Source: Eledone cirrhosa | Taxonomy: Eukaryota | Direction of reading: 5' to 3' | Length of the DNA: 64,000 nucleotides | Assembly: GCA_964016885.1 (NCBI GenBank) | Contig: OZ024741.1 | Span: forward strand, 341,558,001-341,622,000 | Part shown: positions 52,431 to 64,000 of the stretch, in pieces | Layout of the letters: each line of letters begins with the position of its first letter | How positions within the stretch are numbered: the stretch's first letter is position 1 | Notes under the pieces: model-generated | Database searches by the model: none | What the model was told of the DNA's origin: nothing | Seen by the model: the letters and a program-made list of their open reading frames with translations, nothing else | Made by a program: the position numbers and the translations under genes

Positions 52431-52470
52431 ATCCTTACTTTTCGAGATAATATCTCTTCTTCGGATGGAA
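52431..52470 (-). other. Degenerate minimal hammerhead-ribozyme-like motif (Penelope-type)
   Basis: The minus strand reads TTCCAT-CCGAAGA-A-GAGAT-ATT-ATCTC-GAAA-AG-TA-AGGAT. This gives a CUGANGA core with U4C, a perfect 5-bp stem II and GAAA. Confidence 0.4.
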
Positions 52471-52583
52471 GTAAAGTATATATATATATATATATAAATA
52501 AATATATATATATAAACAAAGGTTGTGTGTGACTCTCGAATTTTCGAACTAATAAATAGGCCAAGGAATAAATTTATCAGAAA

Positions 52584-52787
52584 ATGTAAGGTGCTCAGGT
52601 GTAGAAAATAACTGCAATTACAGTCAGTTGCTATATAATAGCTTATAAAATCTGGGTAAAGACCCTTAGAGAAAGAAAAAATGTCGTCAGTGGCTGCTTC
52701 AAAGAATATCTTTACCAAATTTTAATAAGCTATTTTATAGTAACAGACGGTAATTGCAATTATTTTCTGCATCTAAGCACCTTACAT
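52584..52787. repeat. Imperfect inverted repeat, ~78-bp arms
   Basis: ATGTAAGGTGCTCAGGTGTAGAAAATAACTGCAATTAC...GGTAAAGA versus TCTTTACC...GTAATTGCAATTATTTTCTGCATCTAAGCACCTTACAT. Confidence 0.9.
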
Positions 52788-52805
52788 CATGTATATATAT
52801 ATATA

Positions 52806-52878
<73 letters not shown>

Positions 52879-52962
52879 GTGCGTGTGTGCGTGTGTATCC
52901 TGGGTTCAATCAGGGTTAACCACAGTAAATAAGATACTCAATACATAGTAGAGAAAATACAA

Positions 52963-53096
52963 TATTTAATATAGAAATGGCTTCTACAAGACTAGAACAG
53001 TTTCGTTTGAACGAAATCATCAGGGCGTTCCTGATGATTTCCTTTGAATGAAACAGTTCAGTTCTAGTCCTGTAGAAGCCATTTCTATATTAAATA
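52963..53096. repeat. Imperfect inverted repeat, ~62-bp arms, each arm carrying CTGATGA-N12-GAAAC
   Basis: TATTTAATATAGAAATGGCTTCTACA...TCATCAGG-GCGTT-CCTGATGA...TGTAGAAGCCATTTCTATATTAAATA. Confidence 0.9.
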
Positions 53097-53163
53097 ATAT
53101 ATGTATGTGTGTGTGTGCGTGTGTGTTTATGCGTGTGTTTGTGTGTGTGTGTGTATGTGTGTG

Positions 53164-53201
<38 letters not shown>

Positions 53202-53544
53202 TATATTGTATACTATCAGTAGTACCCAACATTGGTTGGCAAAGAGATTACTCAGTCAGTGGACAATTTCTTGAAACTGCATAAATGTATTATTTGAAAC
53301 ATATTTGTATTCAGAGAGAGAGATAGTGTGTATCGTGACATTCTACTTCTGCAAATAAAGATCAATAATAAGTAACAGATTGAAATAAGTCCAGGAATCA
53401 ATATGATCACCAAAATTCTTTAGAGCGCTGTCCCTGTATGACCACAGACCAGTCAAGTGACTGAAACCAAGTCAATAAAAGATCTGATTCCTTTTTATTG
53501 TTATTGTTCATTTGATTTATTGAAAGTGTGTGCACAGAACTAAA

Positions 53545-54445
53545 ACATCACTGCACCTCACCACCCTTAAACATGAACAGCACATAATTAGAAAAGATCT
53601 TATATTCACTCAAAATGATTGGCCTCACTATCACTGAGGATCTCTCATGGTGAATGTACATCCTAAACATAACTAGAATTGTAACTAACAAACTGGCCCT
53701 TCTCTTCAGAAGTCCCAACAACTTCTGACCCTCTACAATGTTCAGATAAGACCAACAGTCTAGAAGTGCTCCCATATTTGGGATGGTGCCACTACTGCTA
53801 CATATACAAACATCCAAGACCACATTCATAAAAAGGCCACTTGTCTTATTGGCATAAAGTTACAGACAGAAGGTGCATGGCTTAGTGATTAGAGTGTTGG
53901 GCTTACAATAGTGAGGTTCTGAGTTTGATTCCAGGACTGGGCAGTGTTTTGTGTCGTTGAGCAAAATACTTTATTTCCTGTTGCTCAAGTTTACTCAGAT
54001 GTATGGACTTTGCCTTTCTCTTGAACAGCATCAGTGACATGGAGCGAGGAAACTAGTATGCATGGATGACTGCTCATCTTCAACAACCTTGCCTGGTCTT
54101 GTGTCTCAGAAAGGAACTTTCTAGGTGCAAATCCCATGGTCATTCATGGCCAAAGGGAGTCTTTACTCTTTTTTTTCCTTACTGACAGACATGCTCCACA
54201 TTCTTACTGCTACTGCAGTGCCATCTGTTGCTCAGATCTGGCTGACTTCATGCCAACTTCACTAAAACACTCTCATCTCACTCATAACTCTTTCTCTCAT
54301 TAACCATATTGTCCAATCCCCTGGCCTTACATTAATCCCTGTTACTAGTCCTTCTCTCCCTGAACATCATCCCTCTGGAATTCTTTCCCTGCACATGTCT
54401 TTCACTAAGGAGACGATAAGCAACAATTTAAACTGAACATCAAAA
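53545..54445 (+). mobile_element. CR1/L2-group LINE 3' fragment, interrupted by a SINE
   Basis: IGLTITEDLSW..KLALLFR..LLTLYNVQIRP..CSHIWDG..KKATCLIG, and after the SINE CCSDLAD..SSLWNSFPAHVF. Many stops are present. Confidence 0.75.
53871..54178 (+). mobile_element. tRNA-derived SINE family B
   Basis: TGGCTTAGTGATTAGAG (A box), GAGTTTGATTCC (B box) and TTGAGCAAAATACTTTATTT. The flanking near-TSD is TTACAGACAGA / TTACTGACAGA. Confidence 0.85.
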
Positions 54446-54499
54446 GCTCCAATCTGATCAATCTCTGAGGAGCCATTACCACATCATGTATCACCATAT

Positions 54500-54735
54500 A
54501 TCACACATGTGCACTGATGTGCATAGATGCTTTACACATGCATTGATGTGCATAGTTGTTTGCTACATGCTCTGATGTGCATATACGTTTCCCACATGCT
54601 CTGATGCACATTGGTGCCCAATAATGCGTCAGTGTGCATATATGATTTGCACATGCACTAATATGTGCAGATGCTTCACACATGGACCAATGTGCAAAGA
54701 TGCTTCAAAAATGCATGCGCATGTAGATGTTACCC
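54500..54735. repeat. Diverged ~29-bp minisatellite (CACATGCACTGATGTGCATAGATGCTT)
   Basis: About 8 imperfect tandem units. Confidence 0.7.
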
Positions 54736-54840
54736 AACCATGAATGGCTGTAAAAAAGTAAATAAAAAATAACATATATATATATATATGTGCGTTCATA
54801 TATATATATATATATATGTTCATATATATATATATATATA

Positions 54841-55460
54841 TCATCATCATCATCATCATCAACGTTTAACGTCCGTGTTCCACACTTGCATGGGTTTGAA
54901 CGGGGGTAGTCCCACTTGAGGCAAGAGTGATTGTCTTGCTCGCATAGGACTGTCTGGCAGGTTTTCTACAGTTGGATGCCCTTCCTAACACCAACCACAT
55001 TTACAGTGTGGGTCTGGGAGGTTTTTACCGTGTTGCCTACACGGCCACATTACAGCGTGGACTGTGTGTTTTTTTGTCGTGACACCTACACGATCTCATT
55101 TGTTTCGGCCTGGATGGCGCGGCACCAACATAACTTTACATAGAACGGGGTGGTGTGGATGATGTGGGGGTGGTGGCGGGACGGGGTGTATTTTGTTAGA
55201 GATGCCTACTGGCAAGGCGGGTCTTCTCTGTTACTGAGTACCGCCAAAGGTCTCGGTCCAGTGACATTGTCTTGGAGAGGTGTAAGTGTGTGAGGTCGGA
55301 GTTTATCAGCTCATCCCATGTTTTTCTAGGTCTGCCTATTCCGTGGCTACCGTCTATCTTTATTGCCCTGCACTTTGTTATACAGCTATCGACTTTCATG
55401 CGCATCACGTGTCCATACCAACGCAGCCTTCTCTCGAGTAAACAACATCTGATCCCTCTT
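54841..55460 (-). mobile_element. 5'-truncated copy of the same RTE family as 1-1620, with complete 3' end and (GAT)n tail
   Basis: [46 protein letters not shown], with a 3' UTR highly similar to 1-249. It is flanked by (TA)n on both sides. Confidence 0.95.
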
Positions 55461-55485
55461 ATATATATGTTTATATATATATATA

Positions 55486-55557
<72 letters not shown>

Positions 55558-55632
55558 TATATATATATATATTCATATATATATATATATATGTTCATAT
55601 ATATTCATATATATATATATATATATATGTTC

Positions 55633-55694
<62 letters not shown>

Positions 55695-55884
55695 GTTCAT
55701 ATGTATATATATATATACATATATATATGTGTATTCATATATATATATGTTCATATATATATATGAACATAAATGAACAATACATCTGAATATATATATA
55801 CTACAAACATATAAACTGAATATAAAAAACATAAAAGGACATAATATTAGTAGCTAGAAAAACCTTAAATTTGATAATGAATTG

Positions 55885-56590
55885 CCATCACCACCATTAC
55901 AAACACCACCACCACAAACACTACCATCATGAACACCACCATTGCAAACACCACCACCGTCATGAACACCTCCATTGCAAACACACCACAAACACCATCA
56001 TCCTCACCAACATCACCATCACAAACACCATGAACAGCACAAACACCACCACCACCACAAGCACCGTCACCATCACAAACACTACCACCATCACAAACAC
56101 CACTACACCATCAGCATCACAAACACCACCATCACATACACCACCATCACATACACCACTACTACAAACACCAAAACCACAAACACCATCACCACTACAA
56201 ACACCACCACAAATACCACCACATACACCCCCATTACATACACCACCACTACAAACACCAAAACCACAAACACTATCATCACCACAAACACCATCACCAC
56301 TACAAACACCACCACATACACCCCCATTACATACACCACCACTACAAACACCAAAACCACAAACACTATCATCACCACAAACACCATCACCACTACAAAC
56401 ACCACCACAAATACCATCACCACCACAAACACCACCACAAACACCCCCATCACATACACCACCACTACAAACACCAAAACCACAGACACCATCACAAACA
56501 CTACCGCCACCACAAATACCAACAAACCCGCAAACACCAACAACACCACAAATACTACAATCACAAACACCACCACAAACACCACCACCA
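55885..56590. repeat. C/A-rich minisatellite-like tract with a 93-bp internal duplication
   Basis: The segments starting at 56221 and 56314 are near-identical. Confidence 0.88.
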
Positions 56591-56907
56591 TTCCCTCCAT
56601 TTTGTCTCAATTTTTGAGAAGTATTTAAAAAAAACAGACGCCATCAAATTAACTGAAGTGTTTCAATGATTTGAACTTCTGTTATGTATTTAGTTTACCA
56701 CAAGCTCATTATGTTTCCAGTGTGTTAGTCTATATAGTCTCTGTGTATATATATATGTGTATATACATATATATATGTGTGTGTGTGTGGTGTGTTGAGA
56801 TTGCATTATGTCTGTGGGAACAGAGTGGCATATGTAGAGGATGTGTGTGCTGTGAAGATATCAATATAAGGGGGCGTAATTATGTCTCTTTCTATATATA
56901 AATGTTT

Positions 56908-56983
<76 letters not shown>

Positions 56984-57098
56984 CATATATGTATATATAC
57001 ATATATATATATACAAATATATATGTATGTTATTTATATACACATATATGTATATATATATATATAATATATATGTGTATTATTTATATACACATGTA

Positions 57099-57146
<48 letters not shown>

Positions 57147-57959
57147 ATTTATATACACGTGTATGTGTGTATATATATATGTTATCTATATACACATGTA
57201 TGTGTGTGTGTGTATATATATATGCATAGATATATTTATATATATGTATACGCATAGATATATTTATATATGTATGTGTGTGTACTCAGGAAAAGAACAA
57301 TAAAGCCAGCCAAACATTTTATTGCCAAGGTTTTAAAGATATGGGGGGGGGGGTGCAAGTATTTTTTACTTTTCTAGTTAAAGAATTGTATTTCCATTCT
57401 TGTTTGTTGTTGTTGTTATTGTTTTCTTTAATAAAATTTTCATTATTTTTCTTTTTCAAAGTTTAAATTATTTATTTCTGAAATAAATTTCTCTTTTATT
57501 GCACAGTCTTCATGTTTCTATGTTGTTTTTTCACTAACTATAATCCACAATTTCTGTCTGTATGTCCTCCACCACAACTGCCACCACCACCGCCCAGCCA
57601 ATAATAAGATAGGAATCATTCTGTTGTTTTCTTTCTTGTGTCTTTTATCTCCTTAACTAACCTCCCAACACCACCACCACCACCGCTACCACAAACAACA
57701 CCAACATCATTACCAACCCATAACCAATACCAGCACTGGCCACCACAACCACCACCATCTACCATCAACACCAGCACCAACATCAACACCACAACCACCA
57801 CCATCTACAATCAAAACCAGTACCAACATCACTACCACAACTACCACAACCATCACCACCATCACCAGCTACCATCAACACCAGCACCAGCATCAATACC
57901 ACAACCCCCATTACCACAACTCCCACAACCATCTTCCATCAACACCAGTACCAATATCA

Positions 57960-60705
57960 CTACCACAACCACCACCATCACCAATACTACCAGTACCAAC
58001 ACCACAACCACCACCATCACCAATACTACCAGTACCAACACCACAACCACCACCATCACCAAAACTACCAGTACCAACACCACAACCACCACCATCACCA
58101 AAACTACCAATACCAACACCACAACCACCACCATCACCAAAACTACCAGTACCAACACCACAACCACCACCATCACCAAAACTACCAGTACCAACACCAC
58201 AACCACCACCATCACCAATACTACCAGTACCAACACCACAACCACCACCATCACCAATACTACCAGTACCAACACCACAACCACCACCATCACCAATACT
58301 ACCAGTACCAACACCACAACCACCACCATCACCAATACTACCAGTACCAACACCACAACCACCACCAATACTAGCAGTACCAACACCACAACCACCACCA
58401 TCACCAATACTACCAGTACCAACACCACAACCACCACCATCACCAATACTACCAGTACCAACACCACAACCACCACCATCACCAATACTACCAGTACCAA
58501 CACCACAACCACCACCATCACTAATACTACCAGTACCAACACCACAACCACCACCATCACCAATAATACCAGTACCAACACCACAACCACCACCAATACT
58601 AGCAGTACCAACACCACAACCACCACCATCACCAATACTACCAGTACCAACACCACAACCACCACCATCACCAATACTACCAGTACCAACACCACAACCA
58701 CCACCATCACCAATACTACCAGTACCAACACCACAACCACCACCATCACCAATACTACCAGTACCAACACCACAACCACCACCATCACCAATACTACCAG
58801 TACCAACACCACAACCACCACCATCACCAATACTACCAGTACCAACACCACAATCACCACCATCACCAAAACTACCAGTACCAACACCACAACCACCACC
58901 ATCACCAATACTACCAGTACCAACACCACCACCATCACCAAAACTACCAGTGCCAACACCACAACCACCACCATCACCAAAACTACCAGTGCCAACACCA
59001 CAACCACCACCATCACCAATACTACCAGTACCAACACCACAACCACCACCATCACCAATACTACCAGTACCAACACCACAACCACCACCATCACCAATAC
59101 TACCAGTACCAACACCACAACCACCACCATCACCAATACTACCAATACCAACACCACAACCACCACCATCACCAAAACTACCAGTACCAACACCACAACC
59201 ACCACCATCACCAATACTACCAGTACCAACACCACAACCATCACCAAAACTACCAGTACCAACACCACAACCACCACCATCACCAAAACTACCAGTACCA
59301 ACACCACAACCACCACCATCACCAATACTACCAGTACCAACACCACAACCACCACCATCACCAATACTACCAGTACCAACACCACAACCACCACCATCAC
59401 CAATACTACCAGTACCAACACCACAATCACCACCATCACCAAAACTACCAGTACCAACACCACAACCACCACCATCACCAATACTACCAGTACCAACACC
59501 ACCACCATCACCAAAACTACCAGTGCCAACACCACAACCACCACCATCACCAAAATTACCAGTGCCAACACCACAACCACCACCATCACCAATACTACCA
59601 GTACCAACACCACAACCACCACCATCACCAATACTACCAGTACCAACACCACAACCACCACCATCACCAATACTACCAGTACCAACACCACAACCACCAC
59701 CATCACCAATACTACCAGTACCAACACCACAACCACCACCATCACCAATACTACCAGTACCAACACCACAACCATCACCAATACTACCAGTACCAACACC
59801 ACAACCACCACCATCACCAATACTACCAGTACCAACACCACAACCACCACCATCACCAATACTACCAATACCAACACCACAACCACCACCATCACCAAAA
59901 CTACCAGTACCAACACCACAACCACCACCATCACCAAAACTACCAGTACCAACACCACAACCACCACCATCACCAAAACTACCAGTACCATACCACAACC
60001 ACCACCATCACCAATACTACCAGTACCAACACCACAACCACCACCATCACCAATACTACCAGTACCAACACCACAACCACCACCATCACCAATACTACCA
60101 GTACCAACACCACAACCACCACCATCACCAATACTACCAGTACCAACACCACAACCATCACCAATACTACCAGTACCAACACCACAACCACCACCATCAC
60201 CAATACTACCAGTACCAACACCACAACCACCACCATCACCAAAACTACCAGTACCAACACCACAACCACCACCATCACCAATACTACCAATACCAACACC
60301 ACAACCACCACCATCACCAAAACTACCAGTACCAACACCACAACCACCACCATCACCAAAACTACCAGTACCAACACCACAACCACCACCATCACCAATA
60401 CTACCAGTACCAACACCACAACCACAACCATCACCAATACTACCAGTACCAACACCACAACCACCACCATCACCAAAACTACCAGTACCATACCACAACC
60501 ACCACCATCACCAATACTACCAGTACCAACACCACAACCACCACCATCACCAATACTACCAGTACCAACACCACAACCACCACCATCACCAATACTACCA
60601 GTACCAACACCACAACCACCACCATCACCAAAACTACCAGTACCAACACCACAACCACCACCATCACCAATACCACCAATACCAACACCACCAATATTTC
60701 TAGTA
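57960..60705. repeat. 39-bp minisatellite ACCACAACCACCACCATCACCAATACTACCAGTACCAAC (~2.7 kb)
   Basis: Direct reading, with occasional 33-bp units. Confidence 0.97.
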
Positions 60706-61199
60706 CCAACACCACCACCACTAAAAACACTATAACCACTGGCCATCCAGCTACCTCTCAAATGCCACCTATGCCAACACCATAATCACACACCTTCTCC
60801 CTTAAAACAACAATACTAACAACAATATGTTCACATTACATAACACTAAAATAATGTTTTCTGAAACATTACACACACACACATACAACATACATACACA
60901 CACACATACATACATAAATGCATACACACATACATATACACACTTATACATACACACACACACATACATACAATCATATATACATACTCCTACATACATA
61001 CATATACTCACACACACACACATACATACATACACTTACACACATATTCAGGCACACTCCTACATACCTTTAGTGAAGTTAATTCAGTTACCAGAATTTA
61101 GCTGAGATATCTAGCATGGAAATATCTTCCAAACCAATCTCAGGGTGATTAGAAAGGTCTTGGGACCTGACTTTTGCCCTGACTAAACAGTAATAGTCA

Positions 61200-61522
61200 C
61201 AAATGACCATGGCATTTTCACCTAGAAAGTTTCCGTCCGAGGTACAAGTCCTGCCAAGGTTATTTGTGGAAGACTAGCAGTCGACCATGCATACCAGCCT
61301 CCCCTCTCCACGCCACCGATGTTGTCCAAAGGAAAGGCAATGGCCGATACAGCTTGACACCAGTGACGTCGCAACTCAACAATTTCTACATCTGAGTAAA
61401 CTGGAGCAATGTGAAATAAAGTGTCTTGTTCAAGGACACAACACATCACCTGGTCCGAGAATCAAACTCACAACCTTCCAATTGCAAGCTCAATGCTCTA
61501 ACCACTAAGCCATGCGCCTTCA
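61200..61522 (-). mobile_element. Full-length SINE family B copy
   Basis: Reverse complement of GGCGCATGGCTTAGTGGTTAGAGC...GAGTTTGATTCTC...TTGAACAAGACACTTTATTTCAC. Confidence 0.9.
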
Positions 61523-62002
61523 CAGTAAAAAGATATATATATGCACTCACATATATACATAATACATAATGCATACATATATCCATGCATAACATACATA
61601 CATGCATGCATGTATGCATACATACATACATACATACATACATACATACATACATACATACATACATACATACATACTTACAAAAACACAACTAGTTAGG
61701 AAATTACAAGTACAATCCATTAATGGAACAGTAAAAATATGTAAGACATTCCAAAATTTTTCGTCTAATAACTGCATATACACATATACAGATGCAAAGC
61801 ATATACACATGCACACATACAACTAAAAACATACACATCCACACACACAATAACATCCATATCTACACATGCATGCATACATACATATCTACCTAGTTGA
61901 TGTTGTGTAAATTCCAATGAGAGAGTCTTGTGTCTATGTTAGAAACCGACTCTCTCTCTATTGGTAAAACTTTATGAAATTATAAAACCAGAAGAATATA
62001 CA

Positions 62003-63190
62003 TACATGGATATGTTGCCAGGAAGCTCCAGAGTGAGAGTAATATAGATAAGGAAAGTAGTCTATCTTGCACCAACAACCGCTATATTGGCTCCCACTTT
62101 GAAGGATACGCTTTTGCAATCCAAGAACAGGAGATTAACACGAAATACCTGATTGACAAAAGAGATAGGGATGCAGGCAAAACACCTAGATGTGATAACA
62201 AGTGCAGACTCTGCAGAACTAACATCGAGGATATCACCCATGTCATCAGCAGCTGTCCAAAGATGTCATCGCGGTACTATCTACCTATGAGGCATGATGT
62301 AGTGGCCAAAACACTGTACAATGCAGTTCGTAAAAAAGATAGCCCCAATAATAAACACATTAAAAGCTACAGCAATGTGGAAGACATCCAGGTACACATA
62401 CATACAAACACACACACACACATGCACATACATATGTACATATACATACAAACAAATAGGGAAGACTATGTTGTGACTGATGCCTCAAAGGCATATTGGT
62501 GAAATCTAAAAATAAAAGCCAACACTAAAACCACAACCAGCTTGATATTGCTGTTTTGGACGACACATTAAAAACATGTTCTGCTATAGAAGTCAGCTGC
62601 TCACTTGATGTAAATGTAGTAGGAAAGAAGCAAGAGAAGGAGGACACCTATGGATCATTGATTAGGAGTTTTCAGATCCAGTATACAAGATACACATTTA
62701 GTTTCATACACATTATTATCAGAGCTTAGGCGAAAATTAGCAGTATCAGTAGAGTGTCAGACACCATGTTTTGCAGCATAGAGTTGGCTCTTTGCATTCT
62801 GAGTTCAAATCCCCCTTTAGTTTAACTTTGCCTTTCATTCTTATGGGGTCGATAAAATAAAGTACCAGTTATGCACTGGGGTAATTGCTGACCTTGTGCC
62901 AAAAGTAAAAACAATTATTATCAGAGCTTAGGGTAGTGGATTGGCAGAATCAGTAGAGCGTCAGACAGCATGTTTTGCAGCACAGAGTTATGGCCCTTTA
63001 TGGTCTAAGGTCAAATTCTGCCAAGGTTAGCTTTGCCTTTCATCCTAACAGGGTCAATAAAATAAAGTACCAGTAACTCACTGGGGTCGATTACATTGAC
63101 TTTCCTTTCCTCCCCCCAAAAAATTACTGGCCTTGTGCCTAAATGAGAAGCCATTATTATCAGAGCTTCAGTATACATACCATCAATCAA
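62003..63190 (+). mobile_element. REL non-LTR retrotransposon C-terminal fragment (R4/Dong-like) with CCHC knuckle, interrupted by two SINEs
   Basis: EGYAFAIQEQEINTKY...CRLCRTNIEDITHVISSCP..RHDVVAK, then DIAVLD..IEVSC..D..K.EK..Y and IIIRAL. Stops and frameshifts are present. Confidence 0.88.
62728..63152 (+). mobile_element. Two SINE family A copies inserted at the same site
   Basis: ATTATTATCAGAGCTT at 62712-62727, 62914-62929 and 63153-63168. Confidence 0.9.
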
Positions 63191-63382
63191 TCTAGACCAG
63201 ATGTTCTCAAACATTTTAGGCCACCGCCCCCCTCATGGCCACAAAATACCTTCAGCGCCCCCCCCCCCCCTCATTTCCAGAGAGACCTGCCTACACACAA
63301 ATTGTAAATAATATACAATAAATAAAATCGTTTATTTATATATAATAAGTAGTATAATATATGTATTATAATATATGTATGG

Positions 63383-63726
63383 GAGGAACATGGCTTAGTG
63401 GTTAGAGCACTGGCCTTGCAATCGAAAGGTTGTGAGTTCAATTCTCAGACAGGGTGATGTGTTGTTTCCTTGAGCAAGACACTATATTTCACATTGCTCC
63501 AGTTTACTCAGCTGTAGAAATGAGATGATAGGGACTGGGGTCCGTATCATTCCACTGCAAAGTGGTCGTGGAGGTGCCACAGAAAAAAAAGCACCCAACC
63601 CACACTGTAAATGAGGTTGGTGTTAGGAAGGGCATCCAGCTGTAGAAATCAAGCCAGAATCAGTTCCCGTCCCACCCTTGCAAGCAGAGAAAACCAGACG
63701 TAAAATGATGATGATGATAATGATGA
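63383..63726 (+). mobile_element. SINE with family B tRNA head and RTE-derived 3' tail
   Basis: A/B boxes, then ACCCACACTGTAAAT..GGTTGGTGTTAGGAAGGGCATCCAGCTGTAGAAA and a (GAT)n end matching the RTE 3' UTR at 54960-55012. Confidence 0.85.
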
Positions 63727-63876
63727 AATATTTCTTATCTTACTATATTTATATATAATATGTATCATTTGATATTTAATATATTATTATACCATCTCTA
63801 CCCCTCCCACCGCCTCCTTAGGCCCCAGAACCCCCTGGACCTTCTCAAGAATGTTTCTCCTTAATTCATAAGTTAC

Positions 63877-63959
63877 CTTCAAAATCCATAAAACATTCTC
63901 ACAATTCAAAAGATGAATGCTTGCACAAAGGCTGATGGAAATTTCCTTTTCTTTACAAC
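63877..63959 (-). other. Candidate 83-nt internal exon of an unidentified minus-strand transcript
   Basis: Long polypyrimidine acceptor TCTATTTTCTTTTACTGTCCTCCTTCTCTGTGGCAAG and donor GAAG|GTAACT. One frame is open (CKEKEISISLCASIHLLNCENVLWILK). Confidence 0.45.
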
Positions 63960-64000
63960 CTTGCCACAGAGAAGGAGGACAGTAAAAGAAAATAGACTCA

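Noticed and set aside
57638-60785. 1021-aa mucin-like and 611-aa extensin-like ORFs
   Set aside because: The 39-bp repeat is stop-free in all + frames, carries a duplicated frameshift, and has no signal peptide or flanking domains.
61450-61522. tRNA gene
   Set aside because: The A/B boxes continue directly into a SINE body present in several copies, so this is a tRNA-derived SINE head without a complete cloverleaf.
63197-63860. hAT-like MITE starting CAGATGTTCTCAAAC
   Set aside because: No matching right TIR or TSD could be identified. The same applies to the single hAT-like end near 48270-48286.

Overview
This is AT-rich, repeat-dominated animal genomic DNA. The SINE, RTE-LINE and MITE families and the heavy (TA)n/(GAT)n/(GGT)n load point to an octopus/coleoid cephalopod, which is my inference. 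I find no intact recognisable protein-coding gene, RNA gene or CRISPR array. Almost all long ORFs in the track are artefacts of triplet-periodic repeats. About half the window is three large tandem arrays (5.6-18.9 kb, 26.4-38.7 kb, 58.0-60.7 kb), each with higher-order duplications. The rest is a nested mosaic: RTE LINE fragments (one with a PHD finger inside the RT ORF), R4/Dong-like and CR1-like fragments, two tRNA-derived SINE families, piggyBac-, Tc1/pogo- and hAT-type MITEs, Helitron-like copies and a probable solo LTR. The most unusual signals are (i) long, mutually unrelated imperfect hairpins embedded in (TA)n tracts, some with hammerhead-ribozyme-like cores (Penelope-like?), (ii) repeated SINE insertion at ATTATT targets, including a same-site double insertion, and (iii) a chain of minus-strand exon-like islands suggesting a spliced, probably non-coding transcript.
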